From NCBI RefSeq assembly GCF_963676685.1, contig NC_092352.1, positions 55,676,001-55,740,000 on the forward strand: a DNA stretch of 64,000 nt, in the 5' to 3' direction. Positions 38,101 through 64,000 of this stretch are shown in pieces. Made by a program: the position numbers and the translations under genes. The notes beneath the pieces are model-generated. The model worked only from the letters and a program-made list of their open reading frames with translations. It searched no databases and had not been told where the DNA came from. Source of the stretch: Mytilus edulis (lineage: Eukaryota). Position 1 is the stretch's first letter, and the number at the start of each line of letters is the position of its first letter.

Positions 38101-40316
38101 AAATATCATCATGGCCTAAAGAATAAAAAATAAAAAAAGAAAGAAAGAGTGGTCCACAAAACTTTCTCTTGAAGGATCAACAATTCCTGCTTAACTAGTG
38201 GTACCCCATCATTTTCTTATAACATATTACAAAAATGCATATTCCTTGCAAAGTTGCAATACTGTAATTATTTTTGTTTGTTTCAGGGTTCTGGTGTATA
38301 TGGGTAGTGGTATTTTTACTGATTGTTAGCTGTGTGGTTTGTATCCGACGCAGAAGAATGGCAAGAGCTCGTTACGTTAGAATTGCACAAGTACCTACTG
38401 GTGGCTACAACACAATTATCACTAATCAAAGCCAACAACAGTATACACATGTTCAGACACCAAGATATTATCAACCACCGACAGCCCCTATGCCACCGCA
38501 ATATCAACAAACAGAGATTCCGGTAAAATATTTTTGATATCTGTATAATCTGATAACTGGGGCAATTGTATTTTCGCTGTCTTGTTAAATATTAAAAAAA
38601 AGGGTGAAACTGCATTCATATTTTTTTGTTTGTTAACCAACATTATTTTTTTTATAAGAGGGTAGGAATGCTGTTTACCTTCAGACATCAAAAAGTCATT
38701 TTAGGCTACTGTTAACGTCAATTGGTTAAAATTATACTGTGATTCTTCAGAGGTCTCAAAATAATTATTGCTACCATTATTTTTGGAAAGTTAACGTGAT
38801 ATGTCAAAATCAGTCATTTTTTTTATCGTCTAAAAGAAAGTGCACATTTTATAGTCATGCAGCAAAAATTACTGTTAACATCATTTAACAAGAATTTTAA
38901 TACGCCCGTCGGGACGTATTATGGTATACAAATGTCCGGTGTCCGTCCGTCTGTCCGTCTGTCCGGCGTAAACATGTCGCACCGTAACTTGAGAATGACT
39001 TATCCAAATTTCATGAACATAGTTGTTTCTTATGATGGTCAAATGATCTGTATACTTTTTGGTGAAAATAAGATTTAAACTTTTTGAGTTACGGCACTTT
39101 ATAACTAAAACAGGGGGGTGTTTTTTTCACATGTCGCACTGTATCTCAAAAACGATTCTTGATTATGACTTAAAACTTTAAACACTTCTCAGTTATATTA
39201 ATCTCAATATCTGTATACTTTTTGGTGATGATTCAAAATTTCAATTTTGAGTTCTTGAGTATTTTGTTAAAAAGGGGGAGGTTTTTTTACATGTCGCGCC
39301 ATATCTCAAAAACTATTTATGATTATTGCTTAAAACTTTACACATGTCTTTGTTATATTAATCTCAATATCTGTATACTTTTTGGTGATGATTCAAAATT
39401 TCATTTTTGAGTTATTAGTATTTTGTAAAAAAGGGGGAGTTTTTTTTTTTACATGTTGTGCCGTATCTCAAAAACGATTTATGATTATTGCTTAAAACTT
39501 TACACACTTCTTTGTTCTAATAATCTAAAGATCTGTATACTTTTTGGTGATTATTCAAAATTTTATTTATGAGTTATTGAGTATTTTGTAAAACAGGGGA
39601 GGTTTTTTTACATGTCGCGCCGTATCTCAAAAATAAGTTATGATTATTGCTTAAAACTTTACACACTTCTTTGATATATTAATCTAAAGATCTGTATACT
39701 TTTTGGTTTTGATTCAAAATTTTATTTTGGTAATATTTAGTTTTTGTAAAAAAAAAAACAGGGTGGGGGGTTTCACATGTCCCGCCGTGTCTCTAAAACA
39801 ATATATGGTTATTGCTTAAAACTTTCTCATAAACTATTTATGATTATTGCATAAGACTTCCACATAAGACGTCGGGCGTATCATGCGCTCATGGCGCAGC
39901 TGTTTATTACCGTTATTGTCTTGAGGATACCCTCTATATATTATAGTGCTGTGATTATGATCTTTGTTTTAACAGTGATTTGTGTTTCTTAAAAAGCTTT
40001 TATTTTGTTTTTATGCTGATTCCTTTTTCAAATTGGATAAAAGAGTCCTTTAATTATGTAGTTTTATATCTTTTGCACATTATTCTTAATTTATATTTTA
40101 GAACCCCACTTTTCTATATTGTTAATTTATTTTTTTGGGTGCAATTTTCTGTAGTGTTGACAGACCCATTATTCTCGGTTCTGTCAAAGAGGACTTGGGT
40201 TGTACAATACCTTGATTTCCTGTAAATCCCATCCAGATCTTCATTAATAAAGTCAAATTTGTTATTGATTCATTTATTTTTTACAGAAACAAGCACCACC
40301 CCCTTACCAGCAATGA
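35152..40316 (+). CDS. WBP1/VOPP1/TMEM92-type (Shisa-like) single-pass membrane protein with C-terminal PPPY motif, ~140 aa
   Basis: Exons 35152-35211, 36121-36163, 37684-37737, 38287-38522 and 40287-40316 (all GT-AG, phases consistent) give MEVLWILKAICLSLMTKFVQ-GVTYCPKEACYDDDYYCCDGWCCQNYSVYQVWWFWCIWVVVFLLIVSCVVCIRRRR...QQTEIPKQAPPPYQQ*: signal peptide, C..C..CC...CC ectodomain, WWFW before the TM helix, basic stop-transfer, Pro/Gln tail. Confidence 0.85.
36773..37447 (+). mobile_element. HINE-like non-autonomous element with central tandem repeats
   Basis: ggcggcggcgtcc head, repeated ttcactctgtggttaaagtttt units, 3' gttgagcc subTIR and hairpin gggttcc-at-ggaaccc. Confidence 0.7.
38895..39905 (+). 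mobile_element. HINE-like non-autonomous element with central tandem repeats
   Basis: atacgcccg...(gtcc)n head, ~5 repeats of acatgtcgcgccgtatctcaaaaacg..., tail cgggcgtat plus hairpin tgcgc-tcatg-gcgca. Confidence 0.8.
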
Positions 40317-41791
40317 GCAGTGAACAGTATAGAAGATCATGGAACAGCAATTGACCAGTAATTTGAGAATTTAGAATTGCTATTAAAGGCGCAGTGAATC
40401 AAAATGGAGGACATTCAAAAGATTGTACATTATTACTAATTATTTTAACTCATATTTTGTACATTATAAAATATGTTATTCAGATTTTGTTTGTTAAGTT
40501 ATTTTTTATAGAATAATGCAGTGAGCTTATCATTGAAATTATATGAAACAGAAATACAATTTAAAATTCATTGTATTATTTTTTTTTTATTTTTTTATTT
40601 TCTTGCCTTTTATAGATATTAAGTATCAATCAATTGATTTTTTTCAAAACCATTTTTTTTGCTACATTTATTGTTAACAGAACAATGTATCTTGTGCATA
40701 CAGTACTTAAATGTATAATGTATGAAAAGAATAAATCAGCAGATTAAGAAACAAAAATCACAAAAATTCTCCACTTTCGTATTTTTTTTCATTTTATATA
40801 ATCTTGAACATGTTAATGATTTTTAAAAGTTTTATTTGTAAATCTTGATGATTAACTAAATAAGCTTCATAGTGATTTTTAATTTATTGAAATTTCATTT
40901 GTGTACATATGGATCTTAGTCATTGTTTCACAGTGACCAAATACATGTCAAAATCTGTTTTGCATGCTCCATCAAACCAAACGAATAATATCAGGTCTCC
41001 AGACTGATTGAGTTCCAAGTATATGCAATGCAAATTTAACCATGTATTACTCACTATATCATATATATTTAAACAGGATAATAGTCTTAAGAGTTTTTCC
41101 AAAAGGTTATAAAACCTTATTTTTTTTAATGAGTATTTGTAAAAGACTGTGTTTTATGAGAGTAATAACGAAGTTTCAATAAATTATCATTATCAGATTT
41201 CAAAACAGCAGTATCAGATGCTAAATAGATGAACATCAGTACTTTAATATGTTAATTTTATTTTATTTTTGCATATCAGGGCATCTTTTTTAAGATAATA
41301 ACTTTCTTTTGTTGAAGTATGAAGTATTTGAAATAAGATGTCAATGTTAAAGATAACTATTACCAATTTTGCATTCCTAAGTTTGATAATCAACATATTT
41401 TATGCTTTTCTTTGCTTTTGCCTGCATAAAGTTAAACAGAAATCTGTATTTGACAAAGATATTAAATCCATAGTTTTAAGGGTAATTTATCAAAATGTTG
41501 TTTGTTAATGAAATAAATATTTGTACATTTTACTTCCTTGATTTATCTCTTTTACCAAAGTAAGATATGTGAAATTTAAAGGCAACAAGCATGTTATTAC
41601 ATTATATACTGAACCAGAAAAAGTAACTGTAACGAGAGATGGAAGATACCAGAGGACATCCAAACTAATAAACTGACAATGCCATGGCTAAAAAAGAGAA
41701 AATACAGACAGACAAACAATTGTACACAAAACACAAAATAGAGAGGAATGCACATGTTGAAATGTCTTGCCTTCTTTACAAACCAATGATA

Positions 41792-43419
41792 TCTATACTA
41801 TTAAATGAGAAGACCTAATTTTTGGTGTCGCTTCTCTTCTTTCCACAATAAATTATACTATTAAATGAGAAGACCTAATTTTTGGTGTCGCTTCTCTTCT
41901 TTCCACAATAAATTAATCATCATGCCTCTGTGTCCTATGGGTACAGTGCATAATCGTATTTGTCATCCATTCATATGATTATTCAGATTGAGTTATTTTT
42001 GGGTGAAAAACGAGAAAAAAGACGTCCGGATATGTTTCCGTCATTGGGCGAAATTTTAAGTCAGATTAGACTTCCGGTTTGCGTTTTTCTGTATACTTTG
42101 AACATACATTAATACTACGAATACAGTGTATTTTCTGTCTTATATCCGTCATTGGACGAAATTTAAGTCAGATTAGACCTCCGATTTGGGTTTTTCTTTT
42201 TACTTTGAAACAAATACATATACTACGAATAAAGTGTATTTTTTGTCTGATATCATTTTCAAGTTTACTATCCACGGCACGGCAGTCACAGGGTTTATTT
42301 AATAGAGAGGGTCTGAATAATATATTAATGACCGCTGTGGATCAATTATTAAACTGAGAATTGACTGTAAAAAGAAAATACACTTTCGGGACGTCTGGAA
42401 CGGGTGTTTTTAAGATCGAAATTTCAGGATTGACCATTTCGGGATCCGGGATTTCTTTTTTCGAATTTCGGGATGTCGAGATATTTAATTTGTATAATAA
42501 ATTCATAACCTCGGGATTTCATGTTTTCAAGCCCGGGATATTGGGATCAGGGCCCCTACGCAGTGGCGGATCCAGAAATTTTCATACTCAGGGGCCCGTT
42601 GACTGCCTAAGAGGAGCCCGCTCCGGTCATGCTTCAGTGATTCCCTATATAAGCAACCAATTATTTTCCAGAAAAGGGGGGCGCCCCCAAATCCGCCTCT
42701 GCCCCGACCCCCCCCCCCCCCTTTTAATGAATGTTCATAATATACAGATAAGCGCTAAGATTATTCATGTGTCATTAAAATTAATAGAGAACAAACAAAA
42801 CAAAAGGATTTTTTTGTGGAAAAAGGAGGAGCCGGGCTAGAAAAACAATTATCCTGTCCCAAATTACCTATGACTTTTGATACCTTTTCTGAAATACTCA
42901 AGTCACTAAATGTTTTACATAAAAAAAAGAAGATGAGGTATGAATGCCAATGAGACAGCTCTCCACAAGAGACCAAAATGACACCGAAATTTAAAGGTCA
43001 CCTAACGGCCTTCAACAATAAGCAAAAGCCGATACTTCATAGTCTGATATAAAAGGCCCCGGAATGACAATTTAAAACAATTCAAATGAGAAAACTAACA
43101 GCCTTATTTATGTACAAAAAATGAACGAAAAACAAATATCACTGAACCACTGAATTACAGGCTCCTGACTGGAATGTTCATAATACATGTGCACTAAATG
43201 TATGTTCACAATGAAATTAATAGAAAACAAAAAATGTGAATTTTGGGAATAAAGGAGGAGGGTTAAAAAAAAACATTTTCCTGTCCCCAAGTACCTATGA
43301 CTTTTGATACTTTTCCTGAAATTCTCAAGTTATTAAATCTTTTACAAAATTCTTCCTACAACACTTTACATCCTTTCAAATACGCTCTAAATGCCCGCGA
43401 TTTCGCGGGTGTGTTCTAG
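41792..43419 (+). mobile_element. Non-autonomous Helitron
   Basis: A|TCTATACTATTAAA 5' end (first 60 bp tandemly duplicated, 41794-41914); 3' hairpin GCCCGCGA-TT-TCGCGGGT followed by CTAG|T; inserted between A and T with no TSD. Confidence 0.8.
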
Positions 43420-43824
43420 TTATGTTGATATTCCTAAATATAAAGCTTTACTACAACTATTACATCATACCCGTAGCCAGGGGGGGTTCGGACGAACACC
43501 CCTTTGAAAACAAATAATGACTGTTAAAGTCAACGTTCTGTTCGAATTGTGACTGTTAAAGTCGAGATTTTGAGGCCAAATAACCCCCCTTGGAAATTCC
43601 TGGCTACGGGCCTGTACATTAACTTAACATGATCCAAGAAAATGAGGTCAAGGTCATATAAACAAATTGAGAAATACATGTACACCATATGATCATTCAA
43701 TACACTAAATATAGTTGACATATTGTTTATAGATTCTAAGAAGCAGACTTAAACAAGAAAACTAAACAATAACAACCATTGAATGAACCATGAAAATGAG
43801 GTTCAGGTCAGATGAACCATACTA

Positions 43825-45345
43825 GAGGGGGGCAATACCTTTTTATGTTAACCTGTTTTGGCCTTTTTTAAGGTGTTAACTCTAATCTGAGATAAATTCC
43901 AACCCACTGTCACTGTGTTAACTGTTATCAATCAGGGGCGTAGCTACCCGGAGGCACGACAGCACGTGCATCCACGTCGTTATCACAAATAAAAAAAATA
44001 AAAAAATAAAAAAAGCAGAAGAGAGAGAGATGAGTTGGTCAATCGGAATCGGAGACTGTTGGTGTCTTTCCGTCTATCCCGGATATTAGTTTGACAACCT
44101 AGTTACAAGTGTTGATGAAGCTGTTCATTCAGAAAACTTGAAGATCGTAGCTCCGAAGTTGCGTGCACATTGATTCGGCATGCAAAAAAAAGAAATCGCA
44201 AAATAAAAATTTATAAATTGAATGTTAAAGGAAACACCTATGTTGTCACTTTTTTTAATTGATGAAATATCATTAAATAACGACATTTGGTTTCAAAATT
44301 AAAAAAAAATTGGAGATTATGACAAAATCGGAAGGTTATTTGTATTTTTTACAAGATTTTTACTTTTGAATTTGTAATACTCAGTCCGCTAAGATATGTA
44401 GTTTTGGAGCACATTTTACAGTGAACAGTTCATCAGTTTGGAATGAGATGTACCAATCGACATTAGAATTGTCAGATCCCTTCGATATCGTTGAAAATAT
44501 GCCGAGGCGATGTGGTTGACAGACTACCGGAGCCAATCACCCTGCAACCACGCCAAAACAGTATTGGAAAGTCTCATTATTTTTTGCGTTCATAGACCAT
44601 ATGATAAGGCAACTGGAGAGTGGAGTCGCGTCAAGTTATCAGAAAATCGCTTCTTTGCGCTCTATCTGCTTCATCGTGTTGTAGGAAATATCACAAACGA
44701 ACAAATCTCAATATTGTCTGAAACATACGAAACTGACCTAGCATGTAATTTTGACGAATTCAATTGGGAGGTCGCTCGATGCCGAACACGAACGCTGGTT
44801 TATAACATCTCACGAGCGCTACCATGCCATGATGGCCCTGAGATCTATCAGTCACGGTACTACGTATGTAATTGAAAACAAATGTACGATCAACAATGAA
44901 CAACGAAAGATACATAGCATTACTGCATATTCATCGGGATTTCAGTGCGAGTGTTGACAAAGTAATAGAGAAGTTTGTTTCTGCCCAGACCCGAAGAGCA
45001 GATTTTGGACAATTTTAAGTAAATTCTGTATCACAAATATGTGTTGTTTATGTATTACTATATTCAGAAGATTTATTAATAGTTTTACATTAATAAATTT
45101 TTATCTACATATAGCTCCTCTTTTAACCGTCATATGACCGAAAACCGAAAAAAAAAAAAAAATCTGCATAATATAGGGTCCCAAATTTTGTTCGCCTCGC
45201 TCCGCTCGGCAGTAGTTGCTTCAACATCGTTTCTTTCTAGCTACGCCCCTGTCAATCAGCATGTTTTCATTTAATGTTAATGGTAACTGAAAAACCAAAA
45301 TCGAGTTGTTGTTAACATGTTAATGGACTCCCTATTGCCCCCCTC
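43825..45345. mobile_element. TIR MITE (GAGGGGGGCAATA ends) hosting the hAT insertion
   Basis: GAGGGGGGCAATA at 43825 and TATTGCCCCCCTC ending at 45345. Confidence 0.6.
43933..45251 (+). mobile_element. hAT element remnant with 5-bp TSD (hAT5-like) and decayed transposase C-terminus
   Basis: TIR CAGGGGCGTAGCTA / TAGCTACGCCCCTG, TCAAT on both sides. Internal frameshifted coding remnant ending ...VDKVIEKFVSAQTRRADF, like the end of hAT dimerisation domains. Confidence 0.72.
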
Positions 45346-47054
45346 ATACCATGCAGACATGTACAGCCTACACCCCTTCAATACAACAAATATAGTTGAC
45401 CTGTTGCTTATAGTTTAAATAAAACAGACCAATACCCAAAAACTTTTAAAACACTGATCAATCGATGAATGAACCATGAAAATGAGGTCAAAGAAAAATA
45501 AAACCTGGGAGTCATGTACATCATAATATATTTCCATACACCAAATATAGTTGATCCATTGTATATCGTATTTGAAAAAAAGACCAAAAACTCAAAAACA
45601 TAACTAACAACTGTACCATGAAAATGAGGTCAGGGTCAGATGACACCTGCCAGTTGGAAATGTACACCTTATAAAATCGGGCCATACATCAAAATGTAAT
45701 ATACTAGACATATTGCTTAAAGTGTCTGAGATATGGACTTGACCGACAAAACTTAACCTTGTTTGACAGGCTTCAAGACCTTGCAAGGTATGCAGTCTAC
45801 TACGCACATACCAAATATAGTTATCCTATTTACTCATAATAAAAGAGAAATAATATTACAATAAAAACTTTTTTCAACTAGTCACTGAACAATGAAAATA
45901 AGGTCAAGAACAATGGACATGTGATAGACAGAAACTTCGTAACATGGTTTATCTATTAAAAAAAAAAAAAGTGAAACATCCCGGATCATCCAGGTCTTCC
46001 ACCTTCTAATATGTAAAGATTTGAGGAAGTTGGTTAATACCGGTGGCGTTGCCGCCAGATCACCAAAACTCGGAGGCTCGACAAAAACTTAAGACTGAGC
46101 AACATGAATCCTCCTAAAAATCTGAAGTTTGTTAATCTACAAATGTTACAACTTATCGACCTTAAGCGTTGAACCGATATTAAATGCGTAATACTGTTTC
46201 AGGTGTGGGTAAAATATACAGAAAAAAAATCAAGTTCATTCAGTATATCTAAAATGTCAAAATTTCAGCAAGTAGAAAGTAAATGTTAAATTGCTGGCTG
46301 CTTTACTTACCATTGATTTTATATTAATAGCGGCCTAAATTTAAAGTTTCACTACATGTATCACATCCAAAAGAATGAGGTCATGTTCAGACAAACCAAG
46401 CTAGCAATACATGTTCACATTACAATCATTCCATACATCAATCAAAGTTGACCTATTGCTTATGGTATACTAGAAATAGACCAAACGATGAAAACTTTAT
46501 ATTGACCAATGAACCATGTAAATGAAGTCAAGGTCAGATAAACATACACACATTACATTTATTCCATGTATCAAATATACTGGACCTACTTGCTTTTAGT
46601 ATCAACGAAACAGATCGATTTAACCATGTAAATGAGGTTACGATCATAAGAAAACTTCAAGATAGACATTTACACTTTATTAGCTTCAAAGTATATCAGA
46701 AGAGAACCTCATTATTGAAACTTTGCATAGACCAAATGAACCTCGAGAAAAGGTGAATGACAGATGATACCAGCTAGGCATAATACACTCACATAATGTT
46801 GACCAGTTGCTTATATAATATGAGAAAGGAGACCAAAACACAAAAACTGTCAAATCAAGCAAACCTTAAATCTTTCCATAAACCTGATGTAGATGTGTAA
46901 ACCTACTAGTCCGGGTATCAACAAATGAACAAAGGAGGTCATGGTTAGATGAATCTACCACACGAACGTGCACCATACACCAAACAAAGTTGGATTCCAT
47001 ATAATAGTTCTTGAGAAAATAATAAAAGGTGTTGTCCAGTCCAGCCTCATACCA

Positions 47055-47197
47055 CAGTGGCGGATCCAGAACTTTTCCTAAGGGGGGGGCCCGCTCCAGT
47101 CATGCTTCAATGATTCCCTATATAATCAACCAAATTTTTCCCACGAAAAAGGGGGGGGGGGCGGTCCCCCCCCCCCCACCCCCTTGGATCCGCCTAT
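47055..47197. mobile_element. Short CAGTGGCGGATCC-type hAT-derived MITE (other copies ~366-478, ~36406-36537, ~42561-42701)
   Basis: Ends cagtggcggatccag ... tggatccgcc(a/t); shared internal catgcttca.tgattccctatat. Confidence 0.65.
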
Positions 47198-47462
47198 GAT
47201 ACCACCACCGAAATCGAACCCGGTACAGTTGGAAAAGTTTGTCCTCACATTCCTCAACTATTGGTACCATAACCTCAAACTTTGTTTTGTTGTATGGAAT
47301 CGTTCTTCTGGTAAAAATTCAGAGATCAAATCACTTAAAAGTTTTTTGTCTGGATATCAAATTGTCTTTCAATGATAAACCTTGCAAGATTGTAATGAAC
47401 CCCTTACATTTACCAAATATTGTTGACTTAATGATTACAGGATCAGGGAAACATACCTGGAC

Positions 47463-48304
47463 ACAACCAGGTGCTCCGCAGGGCGCAGCTTTATACGACC
47501 GCAGTGGTCGAACCCTGAACAGATGGGGCAAATTTGGTCACAATATTCAAGCTTGATAAAAGTCTTAATTTGGATTGTGATCAAATTTTGTACATAATAT
47601 AGGTTTTTGTAACAAAATAAATGTGGTCAAAGATCTAACAAATCTTTATCACAATACTGTTTAAATTTAAAAAAAAACCGGAATGATCCCTTAAAAAAAT
47701 TGTAAACACCCCCTCAAACTTATCGAAACCCACCTTGGATCAATAATCCTTAAACAAAAATCCCATCCTTTCCTTTGTAGTAGAATTTCTGAGAGATCCA
47801 TACACTTAAACACAAGTTATTGTCTGGAACTGAGAAACATGCTTCTTTTTGGCCCCCACACCCCCAAACTCCTACATTCTTTGGGCAATTAACCAAAAAC
47901 TTAATCCCCTGTGTTATATGAAATATTGTGGTACAATTTCTGATATCAATACAATTACAAACAAGTTATTGCCTGGAAACAAGAAAAATGCTTGTTTTTG
48001 GCCCTTAATTTCTAAAGTTTGGCCAAATAACTCCCAAAATGAATACAAACCGTCAGAGTAATTGAAACACTTGTACACAAGTTATTATCCTGAAACAAGC
48101 AAAATGCTTGTTTTGGGCCCCCAATTCCTTAACTGTTGGGACCTTCATCCAAACTTTCCTTTTGTGGTATTGAACCTTCTGACAAAATTTTATAAAAATC
48201 TATTGGCTTAAGCTAAAGCTATTGTCTAGAAACCAATGCGTCTTTGGACGACACCATCATACCATTATTCGATCCCAAATTTTTTTTTGAGGTCATATAT
48301 AAAA
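47463..48304 (-). mobile_element. HINE-like element, minus orientation
   Basis: acaaccaggtgctccgcagggcgcagctttatacgaccgc end with hairpin, internal repeats (acacaagttattgtc..gaaac), opposite end cgatccc...ggtcatata. Confidence 0.55.
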
Positions 48305-49810
48305 CTTGTCACCCTTGAAAATGAGGGCAAGGTCATATATAAACGTACCAGTTAAGTTAACAACCAATTCATCAAAGTAGAGACCTACATCTCAATACTT
48401 GAATGACGATTGGTGAATCCTGTTAGACAATCTAGACAAACCAATATACCCGAGTGATATTCAACTTCATAAGCGAAAAAGTTGATCCAACAAAAACTGT
48501 TTACACCAGGCTATGTCTCCCCTTTAAGCAATTTTCATATACTACAACTGTTGAACTTTAAAACCGTAAATAGCCTGGAAGTTCACGAAATCATAAATTT
48601 TGTCATTTCAAACATTGATAAAAGGGGCATCATGAAATAATATTTTGCTGTCAATATTCTGGTTTGGTTCAATTAATATTAGATCAAAATAAGCCGCACA
48701 AAAATCTCCATTATATCATCATAAACTGACCCAATTTCACACAAATACTGTGGATTTATTTATTTTTCTTGGATCGAGAAACACTTGCATTTTCATGGAT
48801 ATTTGATTTGTGGTTATGCCAATCTCAGCATACAAAGCCTTTTAAAAATTTGTAATTTGTTGAACATTTGAAATTGGGGATCACTTGTACCTATGAAACC
48901 CACAAATTGGAATCCACAGTACATTGTTGACACAGCAGCAAAAAAAATGCCCCGAGTACCACTTTTTTATTATTATACTTTTTGCAAACAATTGCTGAAC
49001 TATGAATAAAATTTGGTCTCTTGTCTCATTGGCAATCATACCACATCTTTTGTATACATACAATGTAATAAACATATGGCATCAATATCTAATGCAAGAT
49101 ATGTTTTGTCCTTCTGTATTTATAGATTTTATGGTTAAAGACAAAACAAACTTTTGCCAAAAGTGGCAATTTTAAGTCCAAGTGGTTGATAAATGGTTCC
49201 AGTTGTTTTTATATTTTTGGAGATCTTGTTTTGTTGTGTAGTTTCTGTCAATCATAGTTTTAAAATCTGTTGGCAGTCACTGACCATAATTCACACAAAT
49301 ATCCTGATTTTTGCATCAGTTTATAATATGAAAATTTGTAGAATATTGTCATGTAAGGACAACAACTCCTCCCAAAGAGCCATCTCAAAATGTAGGTACA
49401 ATTGAAAAGCAAGATCTTGACACATCCTTTACATTTTTACCCCTGCCAGATGTATCTAGATTCTATAATGGTTTCAAGATATCAGACTTGCATATTACCC
49501 CAATATATATAGTCATGGCTGCAATGTATGATCAAGACACCAGAAGGACCACTAAAGTTTTCTTTGTATGGGTGAAATAGTTTCTGAGAAGACCTTAGAA
49601 AAAGTATACAACAGATGGACACCCAGTGATGGCTTAAGCTCATCAGGCTATTTAAGAACATAAGCTAGAAAAAAGCTGTCTTGGCAACATTTTGTGTTCT
49701 GGAAGACCAATACTATTCATGGTAAATGCAGAAAGGTTGAACAAGATATTTTCTTTAGTAAGTTTTTTTTTATTTCACAGCACTATCTCCATGAATCAAT
49801 GTCATTTAAT

Positions 49811-58801
<8,991 letters not shown>

Positions 58802-59272
58802 CGTTTTCTTGTTTTTAATGAAAATTCAACTATGATTGGCGCAGATTCGATATAACTTATTTAGTTCGCCATGAACTAAGACGGGCAAACCGGAAAAGGA
58901 AGTCTGTAGTTAACTCGCTTGGTTTAGAAAAATTCCGATAGATGTCACCAAACGGAATAAGGACACCAGCAGAGTGACTCAGAATCCAGTTTATATTTGC
59001 ATTAAAATTTTGAATCATTTAAGATAAATAATGATTAACATCACGATTAGTTCTTAATTTAGTAATTCGTCATTTTTATTTATCTTATATAAATAAAAAT
59101 TTTCATTCGTTAACAATTATTTATGAAAGTGACGTCACTCGAGAAGGAAGACACAGCCATTTTGTCGGCGCCTCGATGTGCTGAGACTTGAAAATAACAC
59201 CAAATAAGAGATAAATAACGCATTTTTGTATACATTTGTCAAGTTTAATACATGTAAACATATCTTTTCAAA
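58802..59272. promoter_or_regulatory. Putative bidirectional promoter between RACK1 and PP2Ac
   Basis: 471 bp between divergent ATGs. Contains a pyrimidine tract CTTCCTTTTCC on the minus strand (58902-58892; TOP/TCT-like start), ETS-like CCGGAA/GGAAGT, CCAAT (ATTGG ~58835), a perfect CRE TGACGTCA at 59130-59137 and a YY1-like GCCATTTTG at 59156-59164. Confidence 0.65.
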
Positions 59273-63824
<4,552 letters not shown>

Positions 63825-64000
63825 GTAAGTAGAATAGATAATGAAAGAATATTTACCTTGATTTTCCAGTGAAATAAAACACACAATTGCCTTCCTTTGA
63901 TGTCATTCAACTATAGTATGAGGTTGCATAAAAAAACTCATCATTTTGTCATTTTATTATCTGAGACTACATGTACATTCTTAATAAATTGCATAACATT

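Noticed and set aside
42361-42840. 159-aa ORF
   Set aside because: Runs across Helitron internal sequence and a nested MITE; chimeric and non-coding.

Overview
AT-rich, intron-containing animal genomic DNA. The repeat families and gene types strongly suggest a bivalve mollusc, most likely Mytilus (inference). Six host genes can be reconstructed by eye: (1) a large C2H2 zinc-finger gene whose ~4.2-kb terminal exon (14522-18729) is preceded by six frame-symmetric 33/48-nt micro-exons (6502-11362); (2,3) two convergent single-coding-exon BTB-BACK-Kelch genes; (4) a five-exon WBP1/VOPP1-type (Shisa-like) PPxY membrane protein gene that the ORF track mostly misses; (5) a complete 7-exon RACK1 gene (- strand) head-to-head with (6) the PP2A catalytic subunit gene (+ strand, runs off the window end). 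The most notable non-coding signal is six box C/D snoRNA-like genes in RACK1 introns. Four are SNORD96-like 5.8S guides with an apparently split guide, and two are 18S guides. All six use non-canonical, mutually compensating boxes (C=AUGAUUA/D=AUGA, C'=AUGAAA/D'=UUGA; the C box is further mutated in two copies), and four of them share one intron. The rest is dense, often nested transposon debris (Helentron/HINE-like elements, a Helitron, hAT elements with 5-bp TSDs, Harbinger and piggyBac MITEs, Penelope-like and LINE fragments, a Sola2-like/vertnin-like relic) plus tandem repeats.
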